A stretch of 60,000 nucleotides of DNA from Botryllus schlosseri (lineage: Eukaryota). Below are positions 25,265 to 37,363 of the stretch, piece after piece. Where the stretch lies: contig CM119376.1 of assembly GCA_051294905.1 (NCBI GenBank), forward strand, positions 25,112,001-25,172,000, in the 5' to 3' direction. Position numbers and translations under genes: made by a program. Position 1 is the stretch's first letter. Each line of letters opens with the position of its first letter. Under the pieces are notes generated by a model, which was given only the letters and a program-made list of their open reading frames with translations, made no database searches and was not told where the DNA came from.

Positions 25265-25658
25265 CAATAGTTCCCAACGTGGGCCATATCCCCCCAGTGG
25301 GCGATTTTGAAAATCAAGGGGGCGAAAATACCAAAGGGGGTGATAGGGGGCGGTAGGTTCCAGTGAGATATGATTAATTAACACGACCAAAAATACACGT
25401 GCGTACGGCTTATTCTGCATATGGCGCGAAAGTTGACTAAAAAAGGTCAACCAAACGGAAAGTAGTCACGGAATCCGGTTTTCTGGGCACCGTCTAGGAA
25501 AATGACCCTACTATTTTTAGGCAATTCACCAGCGATCAGAGACAAACAAAAAATTTCCCGTTTTGATGTCCTATTTTTTGGATCCGTAAATGTGGGGGCG
25601 AAAATTCGTGTATAGCCTGATAAGGGGGCGATGAGTCGAAAAAGGTTGAGAACCACTG
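25265..25658. mobile_element. hAT-type MITE
   Basis: Termini CAATAGTTCCCAAC/GTTGAGAACCACTG; TSD TTCTAAAC/TTCTAAAA. Confidence 0.75.
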
Positions 25659-25721
25659 TTCTAAAATAAACTTCAACGCCGAATAGATTTTGTTTCTATT
25701 CTGAGGAAATGACATCTTTAC

Positions 25722-25786
25722 CTGTGGTGTTGAGGTCTTGCTCGGGCGTAGCGGGTGACTGAAACTTGTAGGTCGAATTTCAGCAC
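25722..25786 (-). CDS. Putative internal exon of the uncharacterised gene
   Basis: CGCAG|GT...CAG|GTAAAG; (G)AEIRPTSFSHPLRPSKTSTPQ; phase 1 to 0. Confidence 0.42.
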
Positions 25787-25962
25787 CTGCGGTATGGAGT
25801 CGAACGTCAGATTTCACACAAATTAAGATCCTCTGATCGTAAGAAATTTAAAGAACCACTAATGCTGATCACAGCGATTGAAATCAAAATCACCACTGTG
25901 GTAAAGATAGGTTTCATATGTGTATCTAATTTGATCGGAATATATTTACATAGTATACTGAC

Positions 25963-26067
25963 CTGGCGGCATGAGTCCGAAATCACCAGCCAGAGACTCG
26001 TTGGAGCTGAAGGATGGATCACCCCCGTGATAAGAGAATGGTCTTCCATCTAACGGTGGTGCGTTTT
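25963..26067 (-). CDS. Putative internal exon of the uncharacterised gene
   Basis: TTGCAG|AA...CCA G|GTCAGT; NAPPLDGRPFSYHGGDPSFSSNESLAGDFGLMPP; phase 1 to 1. Confidence 0.45.
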
Positions 26068-26354
26068 CTGCAATTTTCCAAATCGGAAAGCGTTCGACGA
26101 ATTGTTTCTCGTGATTCAGAAGAAACATATGTTAAAAAAAAAACTTGATTGCGATTTTATGGATTTCCAAGTGAATATCATCAACCGGATGCAATTTAAG
26201 AGTTACAGAAAGCTTGTTTTGAGTTTACTGATAAGGCTGATCTCTAGTGAATACCAAATTTGCATGTTTTATTTATGGAAATTGTGTGCGTATCAATTTA
26301 TCAACACTCAATTTATCAGGCTTTTCCCAAAACGAATTTTTATGTTGACAGCCT

Positions 26355-26608
26355 CAGAGGTGGTCAAAGTCATCGTTGATACTCAAGCAGAAGCACTGCA
26401 AATTTCTATTGAAGCACAAGTAGAAGTCGAGATTTCCAAAGTAAGTGACAAAGTTTGTATTTCGGGCCTAGTGTTACCTAAAAATATGAAAATGATGCTA
26501 AATAAAAGTGAAAGTCGTTTGAAACATAACCATTAGGCTGCAGCAACTAGGTAGAACGTACTTGAGTACTCCGAAAAATTAGAAGTGCTCCGTTACTGAT
26601 CAACTCTG
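26355..26608. mobile_element. Short hAT-type MITE, family C (internally deleted relative of 33766-35058)
   Basis: Termini CAGAGGTGGTCA/TGATCAACTCTG; AGTAGA-like subterminal repeats; TSD degenerate. Confidence 0.7.
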
Positions 26609-26746
26609 GACATCTCTGACAACAGACAACATGAGAAATTTTGTATATAATTCGTTTAGATGACATCAGCATTTTACCACACGTAGACTTTCTTTAAATG
26701 ACGCGCGAATCAGACGGCAGCTCGAATGAAAATTTCAAGCACTCAC

Positions 26747-26912
26747 GGAAACTCGATACGAAATTGATAGTTGGAGAGAATTTGGCCTTTCCCGTCTGAT
26801 CGGGTCGGGATGTTTCGCATACCCAAGCACCATCTCTGTTGGAACCAATGTTAGAATTTGAAGCATCCAGATCGCTCACGCTTGCTTTCGGTGCCTCCGA
26901 TTCGGGAGTCGC
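26747..26912 (-). CDS. Putative internal exon of the uncharacterised gene
   Basis: Weak AAG acceptor and strong C|GTGAGT donor; ATPESEAPKASVSDLDASNSN...INFVSSF; phase 0 to 1. Confidence 0.38.
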
Positions 26913-26984
26913 CTTGCAGCAATTGTAAATACAGTATCAACAGATAATTCACAACCGCATTTCATAAAGGTTGTAGGCCTATAC

Positions 26985-28465
26985 CAGTGTTGGGATCAAG
27001 TCACTACCTTCGAGTCACGAGTCATCTCGAGTCATTGCTGATTTTGACTCGAGTCAAGTCAAGTCAATCGATTTTCGAAGGTGACTCGAGTCAAGTCAAG
27101 TCAATCGATTTTTGGAGGTGACTCGAGTCAAGTCGAGTCAAGTCAAGTCAAGTCACGAGTCAAGTCACAATTCAAGTCAAATTGAATTTTCGAAGGATGA
27201 GTGATGATTCAAAATCATAACATTTTGCCAACTGTGTGACAAACATAATAATTAACCTTTATCTTGAACCAAACAACGAATATAAGGGTAAATATACAAG
27301 CAAAAAGGTGTTGTTTTGCACTAATAAAATACGTGAGTAACTGAATAGTTGCATGCTACAGTCTGTTATTATCAGCCAAAATAGAGGACCGAATACGAAG
27401 CCTCGAAAAGTTTAAACACATTAATATGTTATGGTACAATACACTACCCATCTAAACATTCGTGAGAATGTAAACGCATAAACTATATTCATTCGATTTA
27501 AGTCATACAAGAGGGTTGGTAAAGGTTAGCACTGCGCCATCTTAAAAACATAGCTATTCGATTAATCTACTACTACTACAGCAACATAAGCTCTGATCAT
27601 TTCGTTTGCGGCCAATGTATTTGTGATGTAACAATGGAAGGTCAGTGGAAGTCGAACTTACAATAAGTAGGGCTGGGCAAAATCGAGTACCTGAGTGATT
27701 CGATTCTGAATCACGTAATATGCTTCGAGTCGAGTCGAGTAATCGAGTATCACTCATTATGACGTCATAACAGAAGGTAATATCTCAAAGTTCAAATAGT
27801 TACCTTTTATGCCACCACAAAGAATATAACGCCTGATATCCATCAAATGAAAGATACTTTGGTATTTTTTCGACCATACCGATTTTATTGCACTTGGTGA
27901 CCATGTTGTGGGACGATCATGACTTCGGAAATGTGCTAGTTCCAGTAACGTTCGTAGCTTTGTACCAGTTGTTTCGTATGCTACGTTACGGCCAATCAGG
28001 GTTTCAAGGCTTCAATAGTGAAAATTACTGTCGAAACTATTATTCTCGTTGATAAATTAACTTCTAGTGCCGAGGATCGTATAAATTCAGTACTCGAAAA
28101 AATCGTCTTTACTACTCGACTCGAATCATGACAATTAATACTCGATTCAGATTCGAGTACTCGAATCATTGTGCCCAGCCCTAACAATAAGTGAATGACT
28201 GGTTGTTCTCGCGCCACTGGCGTATCGCGAATTATCCGAAAATACACATTATACAGTGATTTAGTCGACACAATGTATTTATTGGTGACTTGAAATTGAC
28301 TCGTAAATTTTGGTCCGAGTCACGAGTCAATCCACATTTCTGAAGCACCGAGTCAAGTCAAGTCAGGTCATTTTTGCAAAGTGACTCGAGTCAAGTCAAG
28401 TCATACGAAAAAGTTGACTCGAGTCTGACTCGAGTCAAGTCATGACTCGAGTCATCCCAACACTG
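26985..28465. mobile_element. hAT-type MITE, family B, with nested family A MITE
   Basis: TIRs CAGTGTTGGGAT/ATCCCAACACTG; perfect TSD GCCTATAC. Confidence 0.92.
27668..28183. mobile_element. hAT-type MITE, family A (nested)
   Basis: TIRs TAGGGCTGGGCA/TGCCCAGCCCTA; perfect TSD ACAATAAG; highly similar to 3809-4311. Confidence 0.92.
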
Positions 28466-29518
28466 GCCTATACGCTCAACAGTGCCAGATGTGCACATAA
28501 AATTGCAAAGCATTCCGGATTTTACGGAGATTAAGGATGTATCAGACTGCTTGGATTACAATCATTATTTAGCTGGTCGAATAGGCGAATAGATGTGGAT
28601 AAAGTATAGCTTACCAGAATGGGCTCAGATACTGATCGCTGTTCTTAGGGCGTCTTTACAAACAAACCCCAGAAAAAGATTCGATGAAGAACGAATGAAA
28701 ACCGAGTGAAAAAGACCAATAAACGGCATGTAATAAATAACGCCGAACGATCCACTGTTACATCGGCCATTAGCCCCAGGTGAATGTTAGATTGAGAAAA
28801 CGTATATCTAGTCGTTTCGGCATCCTCATGCTGTTCCTTGCATCGCATTGTGTCTTGTATATCGTGATATGCATTGCGTGTGTTTTGAGAGGGTAAAAAC
28901 AATAGAACCGCAGACTATGATGATAATTATGAGCAATTGTGAACCATTGATAGTATAATGATGTAGGCTATGTGTATGAGTTAAAAATAGCGACCGCCAA
29001 GCATGCTTGGCAACATATGATGAACACTGAGCAGGCGTGCGATGTAGAAAAAGGCACACCTGGAATGTTGAGAAGTGCTGTCTATTATTTTGATTTGTTC
29101 CTCGCGATAACACCCGGATTTGTGTCGGTTTCGGAGACTCCATCGAACCTGAAACGAGTGCGATGATTACTGTTCAAGTTAGCGGAAAACTAATTAGCTG
29201 ATTTTACGCTGATTGACTACTGTGAACGCCAATAGTAAATGTCGAGTGACAGGGTGTTACATATAGGTTGAATTGCAGGAAATCGATTTCACATATCCAC
29301 GTCCGATACCTGTGTGCAAGGCTACTGCAGGCGATCATCGTCAAAGTAATCAGCGTTGGTACTCAAGTATAGATATATAAAAACTGTATGTTTATACTCA
29401 GTAACAAGTAGTAGACATGTCAAAATGTCTTCAAGTGGAAGTAGATTATGACGGTATCAAAAGTACTCAAGTATAGCTTCAAAACGGGGATTTGGGTGAG
29501 AGGCCACAGACTTTAAGC

Positions 29519-30428
29519 CAGGAGTGTCAAACATACTGATCGCGAGCCGCATCTGACACGCCAGACCATTTCATCCGGCCCGCGATGTCATTCTGAGTAA
29601 ATTGAAAAATGATTGTATTATCCAACACATTTCTAACAGAAGTTGAGATTTTTAGTAATAAATAGTCTACTTTTACGTAAATAATCCCTCAAGACAGCAA
29701 ATGTCGAACATGTTCATGTGCCACATTGTAACTATCGGTCGGCAGTGTTGAGTTCTCACTCAAGCAACCATCAGGAAAATGTCAATGACATTGACACAAC
29801 ATTCTGAAAGGCAAAAAGTGCACACCCAGTTCATAGTTTTCTGGAAAAATGGACCAAATAATAGTTATTCACCGAGACGAAAACGACAATATGAAACCAT
29901 TACATGTAAAATGCATGGCGAATATAATAGGTACAGGTACACGAAGAATATAATTCAAATATCTCCTGTCCCAAAAGGTCTCAGCCCCTGCCCGGCCTGC
30001 AGAGAAACTCGAATGGTGATTTGGTTATATATAAATAATGAATGAAATTCCAAAGTCCGAGTTTACAGTGTCTTATATTCCTCACCACGAATGCACAGGG
30101 CAAACAACGCATTACGATTGCAACAAAGGGGAGCATATGAATATTTCAACTTCTATCGTCGTTGGAGTCCCTGTTCTAGTGGTTGATAACTGTATTCAAC
30201 CAGCTAATCATCGCATTTTACCAATTCCATTGATTGCAAATAACAGTGTTACTCGAATAGAGCTCACGTGATCCGTAATATAGAATAGATATAATACTAT
30301 TTTCGTATTTTGCATGACTTTTGATGATACAGCATTCCAGTGAAAAACAATGGATTTGTAACATATTGGAGTCATTTGACTGCATGATCCGGCCCGCGAC
30401 CGAAGTTGAGTTTGACACCACACCCCTG
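29519..30428 (+). mobile_element. Decayed hAT (SPIN/Charlie-like) element with transposase N-terminal remnant
   Basis: Termini CAGGAGTGTCAAAC...GTTTGACACC(ACACC)CCTG with CGGCCCGCG subterminal motifs. Internal frameshifted RQKVHTQFIVF/LEKWT..LFTE resembles the N-terminus of these transposases. No clear TSD. Confidence 0.55.
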
Positions 30429-30616
30429 CATCTGCAAACAGTAAATCGGAGGTGGGTATTTTCGCAATTGCCGTGTGCACCGCCGTGACTAACGCTATTT
30501 GTACACTTGAGACAATGTCACTGCCGCAAATCCACACGTACGTATGAACAGTGAATACGTGTGCGGGACATACCGATACTACCGTGTCTGTTGCGTACAA
30601 TCTTTTGAATGACGTA

Positions 30617-31069
30617 CTATCGCTCTATCTTCATTCTACACTGATAAGCAAGATACGTAATATATTGTAGGCTTAGATAAACGCAAACATTACTTTTGTG
30701 GTCCGCGTCTGCGATGTAAGTTTTCAGCTCCTTGATCACCCGTCTCTCAACAGTGTGGCCGTTATAGGTGGTCGCAGAAATGGACACTGTATCGTCACGT
30801 AGTGCTACGGTACTTCCTTTTGTACTGGCCGGTTCCATACTGGAATTTACGTTATGATTCTGAAAATATTCCGTATTGCAAAAGTCTGTCTGATGCATCT
30901 GATATTTTGACTGTAGCGCGTCAGTATAGTTCATCACTCGGCTATAATTTAGGTCAGGCTTTTCAACCTTTTTGAGCGCCATTCGCACTTTTTTAGTAAA
31001 ACTAATTTCATTCGCACAAACTAATCGAAAATTGTTATACAAAAAGAAGATGAAGATACTTAACAACAT
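30617..31069 (-). CDS. 150-aa ORF with signal-peptide-like N-terminus; possible first exon of an unknown secreted or membrane protein
   Basis: True ATG, hydrophobic LLSIFIFFLY, candidate cleavage VCA|N, N-glycosylation sequons NYS/NYT/NSS. No family recognised. Confidence 0.3.
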   Translation of the reverse strand: MLLSIFIFFLYNNFRLVCANEISFTKKVRMALKKVEKPDLNYSRVMNYTDALQSKYQMHQTDFCNTEYFQNHNVNSSMEPASTKGSTVALRDDTVSISATTYNGHTVERRVIKELKTYIADADHKSNVCVYLSLQYITYLAYQCRMKIER

Positions 31070-33220
31070 TTTGTTCAGATGTGCAACAAATTGGCTATAC
31101 TATGTAGCTCAATCTATCAAATGTCTCATTAAAAAGGCAACTTTTTTCGCTCGTTTTGATTCCAACTATTTCACTAAACCCTTGTCGGCCAAACAAGTTG
31201 TCGGGTTTTGTACAAAAAGGTCTACTAGTGCTTGGATGGTCAGGTCTTAAAATTTGTTCTGCGCTTCTATCCAAAATACAGCGTATGTTAGCGAGTGAAA
31301 ATGCTTGCTGGCAGAAATCAATTTTGAGAGCTGACACAAAGGTCCCGGAGGCTCCAGTTTGTCGCAAGGCTGAAAATCCCACATGTTTGTGTTGAGGCTT
31401 TTGCCTTATGTGTTGGAAAATAAGGTCCAAGTCCATTTTATCAGAGGTTTGTAGGCCAAATCTTTACGTCTTCATGCGCCCCGACGCAGAAAGAGTTGGC
31501 CTCGAAGTGAATGAGTCTGATAGGCATGAACTCGCTCGTCGTTGCACCCTACACTAGTTCATCCGAACGGTCTTCGACCATGTTTTCCAGAAAAACCAGT
31601 CGAACAAATCTTATCATGAATCCTCACGATAAAACCATACTTTCTGTCTGTCTCGCTTATTGGCTACATTACCCAACACAGTGACCTTGGATATGTAATT
31701 TATTTTGCAATAAATTCAACAAATATTACATACATATTAACAGATTGCTCTGGCAACGTGTCGACCCAAAATTATACCCTTTGCGGTCCATACTTTAATA
31801 ACCCTTGAAGGGATTAAAATTTGCGTTACAGTAACTTGCAAATGTGAGTCTATAATGATGGTACTAACTACTATCCTAGTGCCTCGCGCTAATCGAACAG
31901 TTATTACGAAAATATGATGATTGCTTTGCGAAAGAAAGCAGAAAGTCAATTTGACGTCATTTTCCCAGCCTGTCGCAGGCTCAAACTGACTGATATACTG
32001 TATGTCTGCCACTACACGAGCTTCCACACTAGGCTTTTCGTTACGTAATAATTATAGTGCAAAAATATTAATTCACTATACGGCTTGTGAGAGCTACGAT
32101 TATTGATGCGTCGTGAGTTAAAGTTTTTACAATTGCGTCGCAACTACAAAAGTCACACCGCCCTTGAATTTCCTATTAGGTTTATTTGAATTATTCCACG
32201 TCAGAAAAATTAACAAGTATTCACGATTTTTATTCGCACTCAATCCGGATTTTCATTCGCACCACCTTCGTCATTCGCACTGCAATTTCTTTCATTCGCA
32301 CGAGTGCGAACCGTCACAGAGGTTGAAAAGCACTGATTTAGGTTATATAAATATGTAATTCATTATACTTAAATCAAATTGCGATGTGCCACTATTATAT
32401 ATCACGAAGGTAAAAAGGGGCTCCGCAAATCTATTCTTTTAGCATATTGAAGAAGTTAAAACTAAAGTTTATCACACACGCGAGAGTCATATTGATTAAA
32501 ATGATAGCCGGGTTGTACAGATATAGTGAGGCAAGAATGCTATTTTTAGGCCCGTTTTTGTTATTGGGCTCAATGGTTCTTGCTCTCAAACGCGTTGGCA
32601 TTCTGAATGCTCAATGGTGCCACGAAAAAACGAGGCATTGTAAGAATATACCGCCTATTAAGGTACCTAAAATGAACCCGCGAGGTGCTAATATTATGTA
32701 TGTAAAACCCAGTGTCGTTGCGGTACAAACTAATCGTGCCTCAGTGTTACAATGTAAAATTCGTGAAGAGGCATCGGAAATTCGGAATGTACGGTACATC
32801 GGTACAGCGCAAATTGGATACATGGTTATGACGCAATAGAAAGAGCATTGTTTCGCTACTCCATGATTATCCGAAAACTTGACGATTTTCATAATACAGT
32901 GTTTTTGGTGGGGTTACCGATGCCCTGATTAGATAGATATTGACATTTACGGAATAAATGCGACTATAGCTTTTAATCTATTTTCAGTTCGGGTCGATGG
33001 TTGGCATCAATAAGCCCATCGTGATTACTTGATGCGGAAATTTGCTATCTGTCTCAAAACGTTTGCAATATAGTTACACCTTCTTCCGATAAGAATTTAA
33101 CACATCATTGTAGCTTCCTTGTCAATCTAAGTTATAATTTCTGAAATACTACACGAAGATCTGAATATATACGATAGAGGTATATTGCAACGAACAACAC
33201 ATTCATATTCGCAATTTATT

Positions 33221-33256
33221 CACTATAAGCTTTTCAACTGACCCTCGTCGGTAGAT
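33221..33256 (-). ncRNA. Variant minimal hammerhead-ribozyme-like motif (inverted pLTR copy)
   Basis: Minus strand ATCTA-CCGACGA-GGGTCAGTT-GAAA-AGCT-TA-TAGTG; helix I is weaker than in the right-hand copy. Confidence 0.4.
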
Positions 33257-33715
33257 GCCGTCAATATAATACGGAGATTGCAATTCGAAATATAAAGATG
33301 AAATAGGTAGTGTGACGTAAGAATGGTATAACAACAACGAGAGAATTCATAAAACGAGAGCGTTAAGCAAAAATACAATAAGTGCAATACAAATTGGCTA
33401 TAATATATAGCCAGAGACGCAACACTAATGAAATACACGGAGAGGATTGTTTTCACCACAAATCTCTCTTTCCTGCAACACAGAAGGATGTACTACCTGC
33501 CACAAAACAGAGTAGTATTATTTACAATTATACGTGCCACTGCGACAGTCGGTATGTGGGTCGTACTTCACTTCGTTTGCAAACAAAGAATCAACCAACA
33601 TGCCCAAGCAGATTAGGAAACCTGACGTCAATGCTATTTCAGACAGTCAATCGCAGACAAGTAACCCTTTCTTGCGCGACTATGACCAGACCATGGCATG
33701 TAACTCTGCAATAGG

Positions 33716-36306
33716 CAGGGCCGTAACAGCAGTTCGTCAGGCCCCCAAAAAACGTTGGTCTTGGGCAGAGGTGGTCAAAGTAGTCAAGAAAGCTACTCAA
33801 GTAGAAGTAGAAGTAGAAGTAGCGACGAAAAAATCTACTCAAGTACGAGTAGAAGTAAGTACTTCCTCCATAACCAACCTAAAACTACTTGAAGTAGAAG
33901 TAGAATTTCCTGGCTTTAAATCTACTCAAGTAAGTAAGTAGTTGTGAAAACGATCATAATTCGTTCGCATGGATTGTCAGAAGGTGCAAATTGAGCTATG
34001 GGAAAGATGTCGAGCTTGATTCATATTTATTCATACAAGGAGGTATTCAATTTTCGACAGCATAAGCATTCGTCCGCATCATGGGATGAAAATGATACTA
34101 TTGATATGAAAATGCGATACTAATCCTCTGTTTAATCAAACAGCCCGTTCTAGAAAATATCATGGTATGGCGTCCTCCCCCATATTATAAGGCCCGTGGT
34201 TTAGTCGAAGAGCAATACGGAGAAGTTGTATTGGATACTGTGTGAACACTTTGCGCGATTAGTAAACGTGAATAAAAAATATGGTGGATCGTAAAAATGC
34301 CATATTGGGTAGCTTTATTTCCGGAAATTAAAGGAATTACTGCACTGGCTTTTATGCTTCAACATGTACCTTATCGAGACAAAAGAACTGATATTAATTT
34401 GCGCACAAAGTTTATAACACTGGGAATTGAAAGTGAATTATAAATACTACTTCTAAAAGCGGAATATGTATTTCATGTCTAAATACAGAAATTTTTAAAT
34501 GTGGTATGCTAAACAGCTCTAAAACCAAGAAAGTAATAGTTCACTTTTCCAGATGAGGACACGCCATGGACTGCTAGATTACGATATGATGCTAGATTGC
34601 GAAACATCAGTTTCAAACGTTATGATGAGCCATATATACTATGGTGAAATATTCCATATGGGCAAAGGGCGACAATGCGGTGTGAACGGAACCACGCCAA
34701 CCCGCTACCCAAATTATATTCCCGTTTACTTTCGTGAAATCATACTGGTTACTCCGTATCCACTGAGCGCGAAGCGCGACGGAAATTTTTGGCTTTACTC
34801 AACTTTTATGAAAATAAAACGTTGATACTCCGTGCAAACAGCCCCGAAATTCCTCAGGCTATCTTCCTGAATAAAGGATTAAACTACTTCTACTTGACAA
34901 ACTGAAAATAGCGAAAAGTAAGTAAGTAGATCACAAAAAATTACGAAGTAGAAGTAGAAGTAGCGAACATCAGATCTACTTGAGTAAGTACCAGAAGTAG
35001 ATGGAAACTACTTGAGTACTTCGAAAAAGTAGAAGTACTTCGTTACTGACCACCTCTGGTCTTGGGCCCCCCATAGGGTGATAAACCGGACTTGTGGGGG
35101 GCTTCGCCCCCCAGATCCCCCTCAGCTTATACGTTGTTTACCGCTACTTATCATATATATTGAGAGTCCGTTTAATGAGTTACCTTTTCTCGACTAACCG
35201 CGCGAAGCGCGAACACTTTTTATAATTCATGATTGAATCGGTCAAAATGATCGAGAATTGCTTATATATTGCTATCAATTTTTATCCTTTCTCTGCTCAC
35301 GTGATCAGATTTACCGGTAGAGCGGAGTGAGGTGAGTGAAAAGTTAGGACCACTATCTTCGGGCGTATACCTGTTGGCAGGAACGAAACAGCACTTCGTC
35401 AGACCCCCGAAAAAACTTAGGGTCTTGGGCTCCAATAGGGTGGTAAACCGACGCTCTCCCCATCCCGTTGTTCGTTTTTACCCCGAAATTAGTTGTACTA
35501 TATAGTGAGCACGCGCCAAGCGCGAAAATTGTCAAAAATTCATAATAAAATCGGTCAATAAGATCGGGAATTGCATATATATTGCTATCAATTTCTTGTG
35601 CTCTCTGCTCGCGTTATCAGATTTACCGGTAGAGCTGAGTGAGGTGTCTTGGAAACTGTAGGGCCCGTAAATAATAGGCTAATCAAACATCTTCAGGCGG
35701 ACAGACCCGTTGGTATGAATTCGTTACATGATGTTATTTCGTGACCTCCGCTATATCAAAAAATATATAATAGCATAAATGTACTAAACTAAAAGACGCA
35801 CACGATTTCAAATTGGTATTTCTTCACTGGCGTATAATATTTCCCTGCGGGATGGTATTTATCTTGTGAGGTTCAGATTGCTAAGACAGGAACATTCGGC
35901 GTCGGTCATTTAGGCGCATATGGACAATTAAACCTATACGTATCTGCATAAGCGCAGTTCTTTTCGGCCAAGGTTTTCTCGCTGCCGATCATTCTGGCAC
36001 ATTTCTTGGAGTCGCATGTTACATGGCCTAAAACTTTATATCTTGGTGCGTCGTGGCGCGGTAATGGCCAACGCCGATATGGCCATTTCTATAAATCTTG
36101 CGTATTTTTTCTTGGGTGAAGAGTACCCAATCATCAAAATATTTGACAACTTGATATCGCGCAGGGCGCGAAAAAATTTTGAAAAAGCTGCATAAATTTT
36201 CAAAAAATACTTTATAAGTTATGCTAATTCACGAAATAATTTTGGGCCCCTTCGAGCTCGCCCCCCCTCCAATTGGGGGGTTTGGGGTGCGGCAGTTACG
36301 GTCCTG
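33716..36306. mobile_element. hAT-type non-autonomous element inserted in the GIY-YIG ORF
   Basis: TIRs CAGGGCCGTAAC/GTTACGGTCCTG; perfect TSD GCAATAGG; internal partial duplications; related copies at about 37859-39060. Confidence 0.9.
33766..35058. mobile_element. hAT-type MITE, family C (nested, third layer)
   Basis: TIRs CAGAGGTGGTCA/TGACCACCTCTG; perfect TSD GTCTTGGG; (AGTAGA)n subterminal arrays. Confidence 0.92.
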
Positions 36307-36661
36307 GCAATAGGTCAGCACCTTCTTAGGCATCCAGAGTGTGCAAAATCGTATAACGATAACAGATTTCAATTCTTGCTCGTAGACGTAGTCTGTTCCA
36401 TTTAAACGTTCTCGAATCGACTATAATAAAAATCGAGCAACCGATTCTTTGTCGGCAAAAGGACCGACTCTATTCTCTCCGTGTATTTCATGTTGCGTCT
36501 CTGGCTATATATTATAGCCAATTTGTATTGCATTTATTGCATTTTTGCTTAACGCTCTCGTTTTGTGAATTCTCTCGTTGTTGTTGTTATACCATTCTTA
36601 CGTCACACTACCTATTTCATCTTTATATTACGAATTGCAATCTCCGTATTATACTGACGGC

Positions 36662-36697
36662 CACTACCGACGAGGGTCAGTTGAAAAGCTTATAGTG
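36662..36697 (+). ncRNA. Variant minimal type I hammerhead-ribozyme-like motif in Penelope pLTR
   Basis: CACTA-CCGACGA-GGGTCAGTT-GAAA-AGCT-TA-TAGTG: helix I CACTA/TAGTG, CUGANGA-like box with U to C, GAAA, palindromic helix III AAGCTT and a UA cleavage site. Confidence 0.55.
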
Positions 36698-37363
36698 AAT
36701 AAATTGCGAATATGAATGTGTTGTTCGTTGCAATATTCAAATTCTGTACCACAAGGAACCTTTTTAGATACTTTATACTTTACAACTCATTCGGCGCTAT
36801 AGTTTTTGTTGTTATTCGAAATGCTGAAACTATAGGACACTATGCTGAAACTGAAACGTCATAAAGTCGAACCAGTGCCGGGGTGCCGCGAAGTATTTCT
36901 TTCTTTTATTGGGCGCCGTAAGGTCAAAAAGGTTGAGAATCACACTGCTATATGTGTTAACAAATCGTTTTTGTTCCAATCGGTCCGCAGTGTCGTTATG
37001 AGGCAGGAAATTGATTTTTTAAATTATATTACCTTGGGTTCAACTCGATTGCAAGTCGTTTCCACTCCGCCGAACTCACTGATGTCATCTCCTTCCGCAA
37101 GTCGATACCCTCTATTCGAAAAGGTAGCTGAAAGTCAGACTTTGGTAACTTCAACATGATGGTTACATTCGGGGATGACCGATTGATCCGAATAATACTC
37201 ACGGGTGTGCTCTACCTCGAATACATTGTTCGCAACGGACTCGTTGCCTTTGGACTTCTGTCTTCTTGAGCAAACATTCGGACAGTTGCAGTAGTGCATA
37301 AAGCCTCTCTTGAAGATCTCCACAAATAAAACAAAAAATTTCAACATAGCTTATCAAATTGGT

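Larger units (their letters stand above)
33182..36736 (+). mobile_element. 5'-truncated Penelope-like retroelement (GIY-YIG remnant) with inverted pseudo-LTRs, interrupted by nested DNA transposons
   Basis: About 260-bp inverted repeats at 33182-33446 and 36474-36736. Frameshifted ORF KDVLPATKQSSIIYNYTCHCDSRYVGRTSLRL-RINQH...SAIG|QHLLRHPECAKSY...HLNVLESTIIKIEQPILCRQK is a GIY-YIG endonuclease C-terminus. Confidence 0.88.

Noticed and set aside
28615..28902. Minus-strand exon-like segment with GTAAGC donor at 28614
   Set aside because: All three frames have stops within about 45 nt of the donor, so it could not be joined confidently as coding sequence.
33534..33941. 135-aa ORF with VEVEVEV repeats
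   Set aside because: A chimeric read-through from the Penelope remnant into the (AGTAGA)n arrays of nested MITEs.
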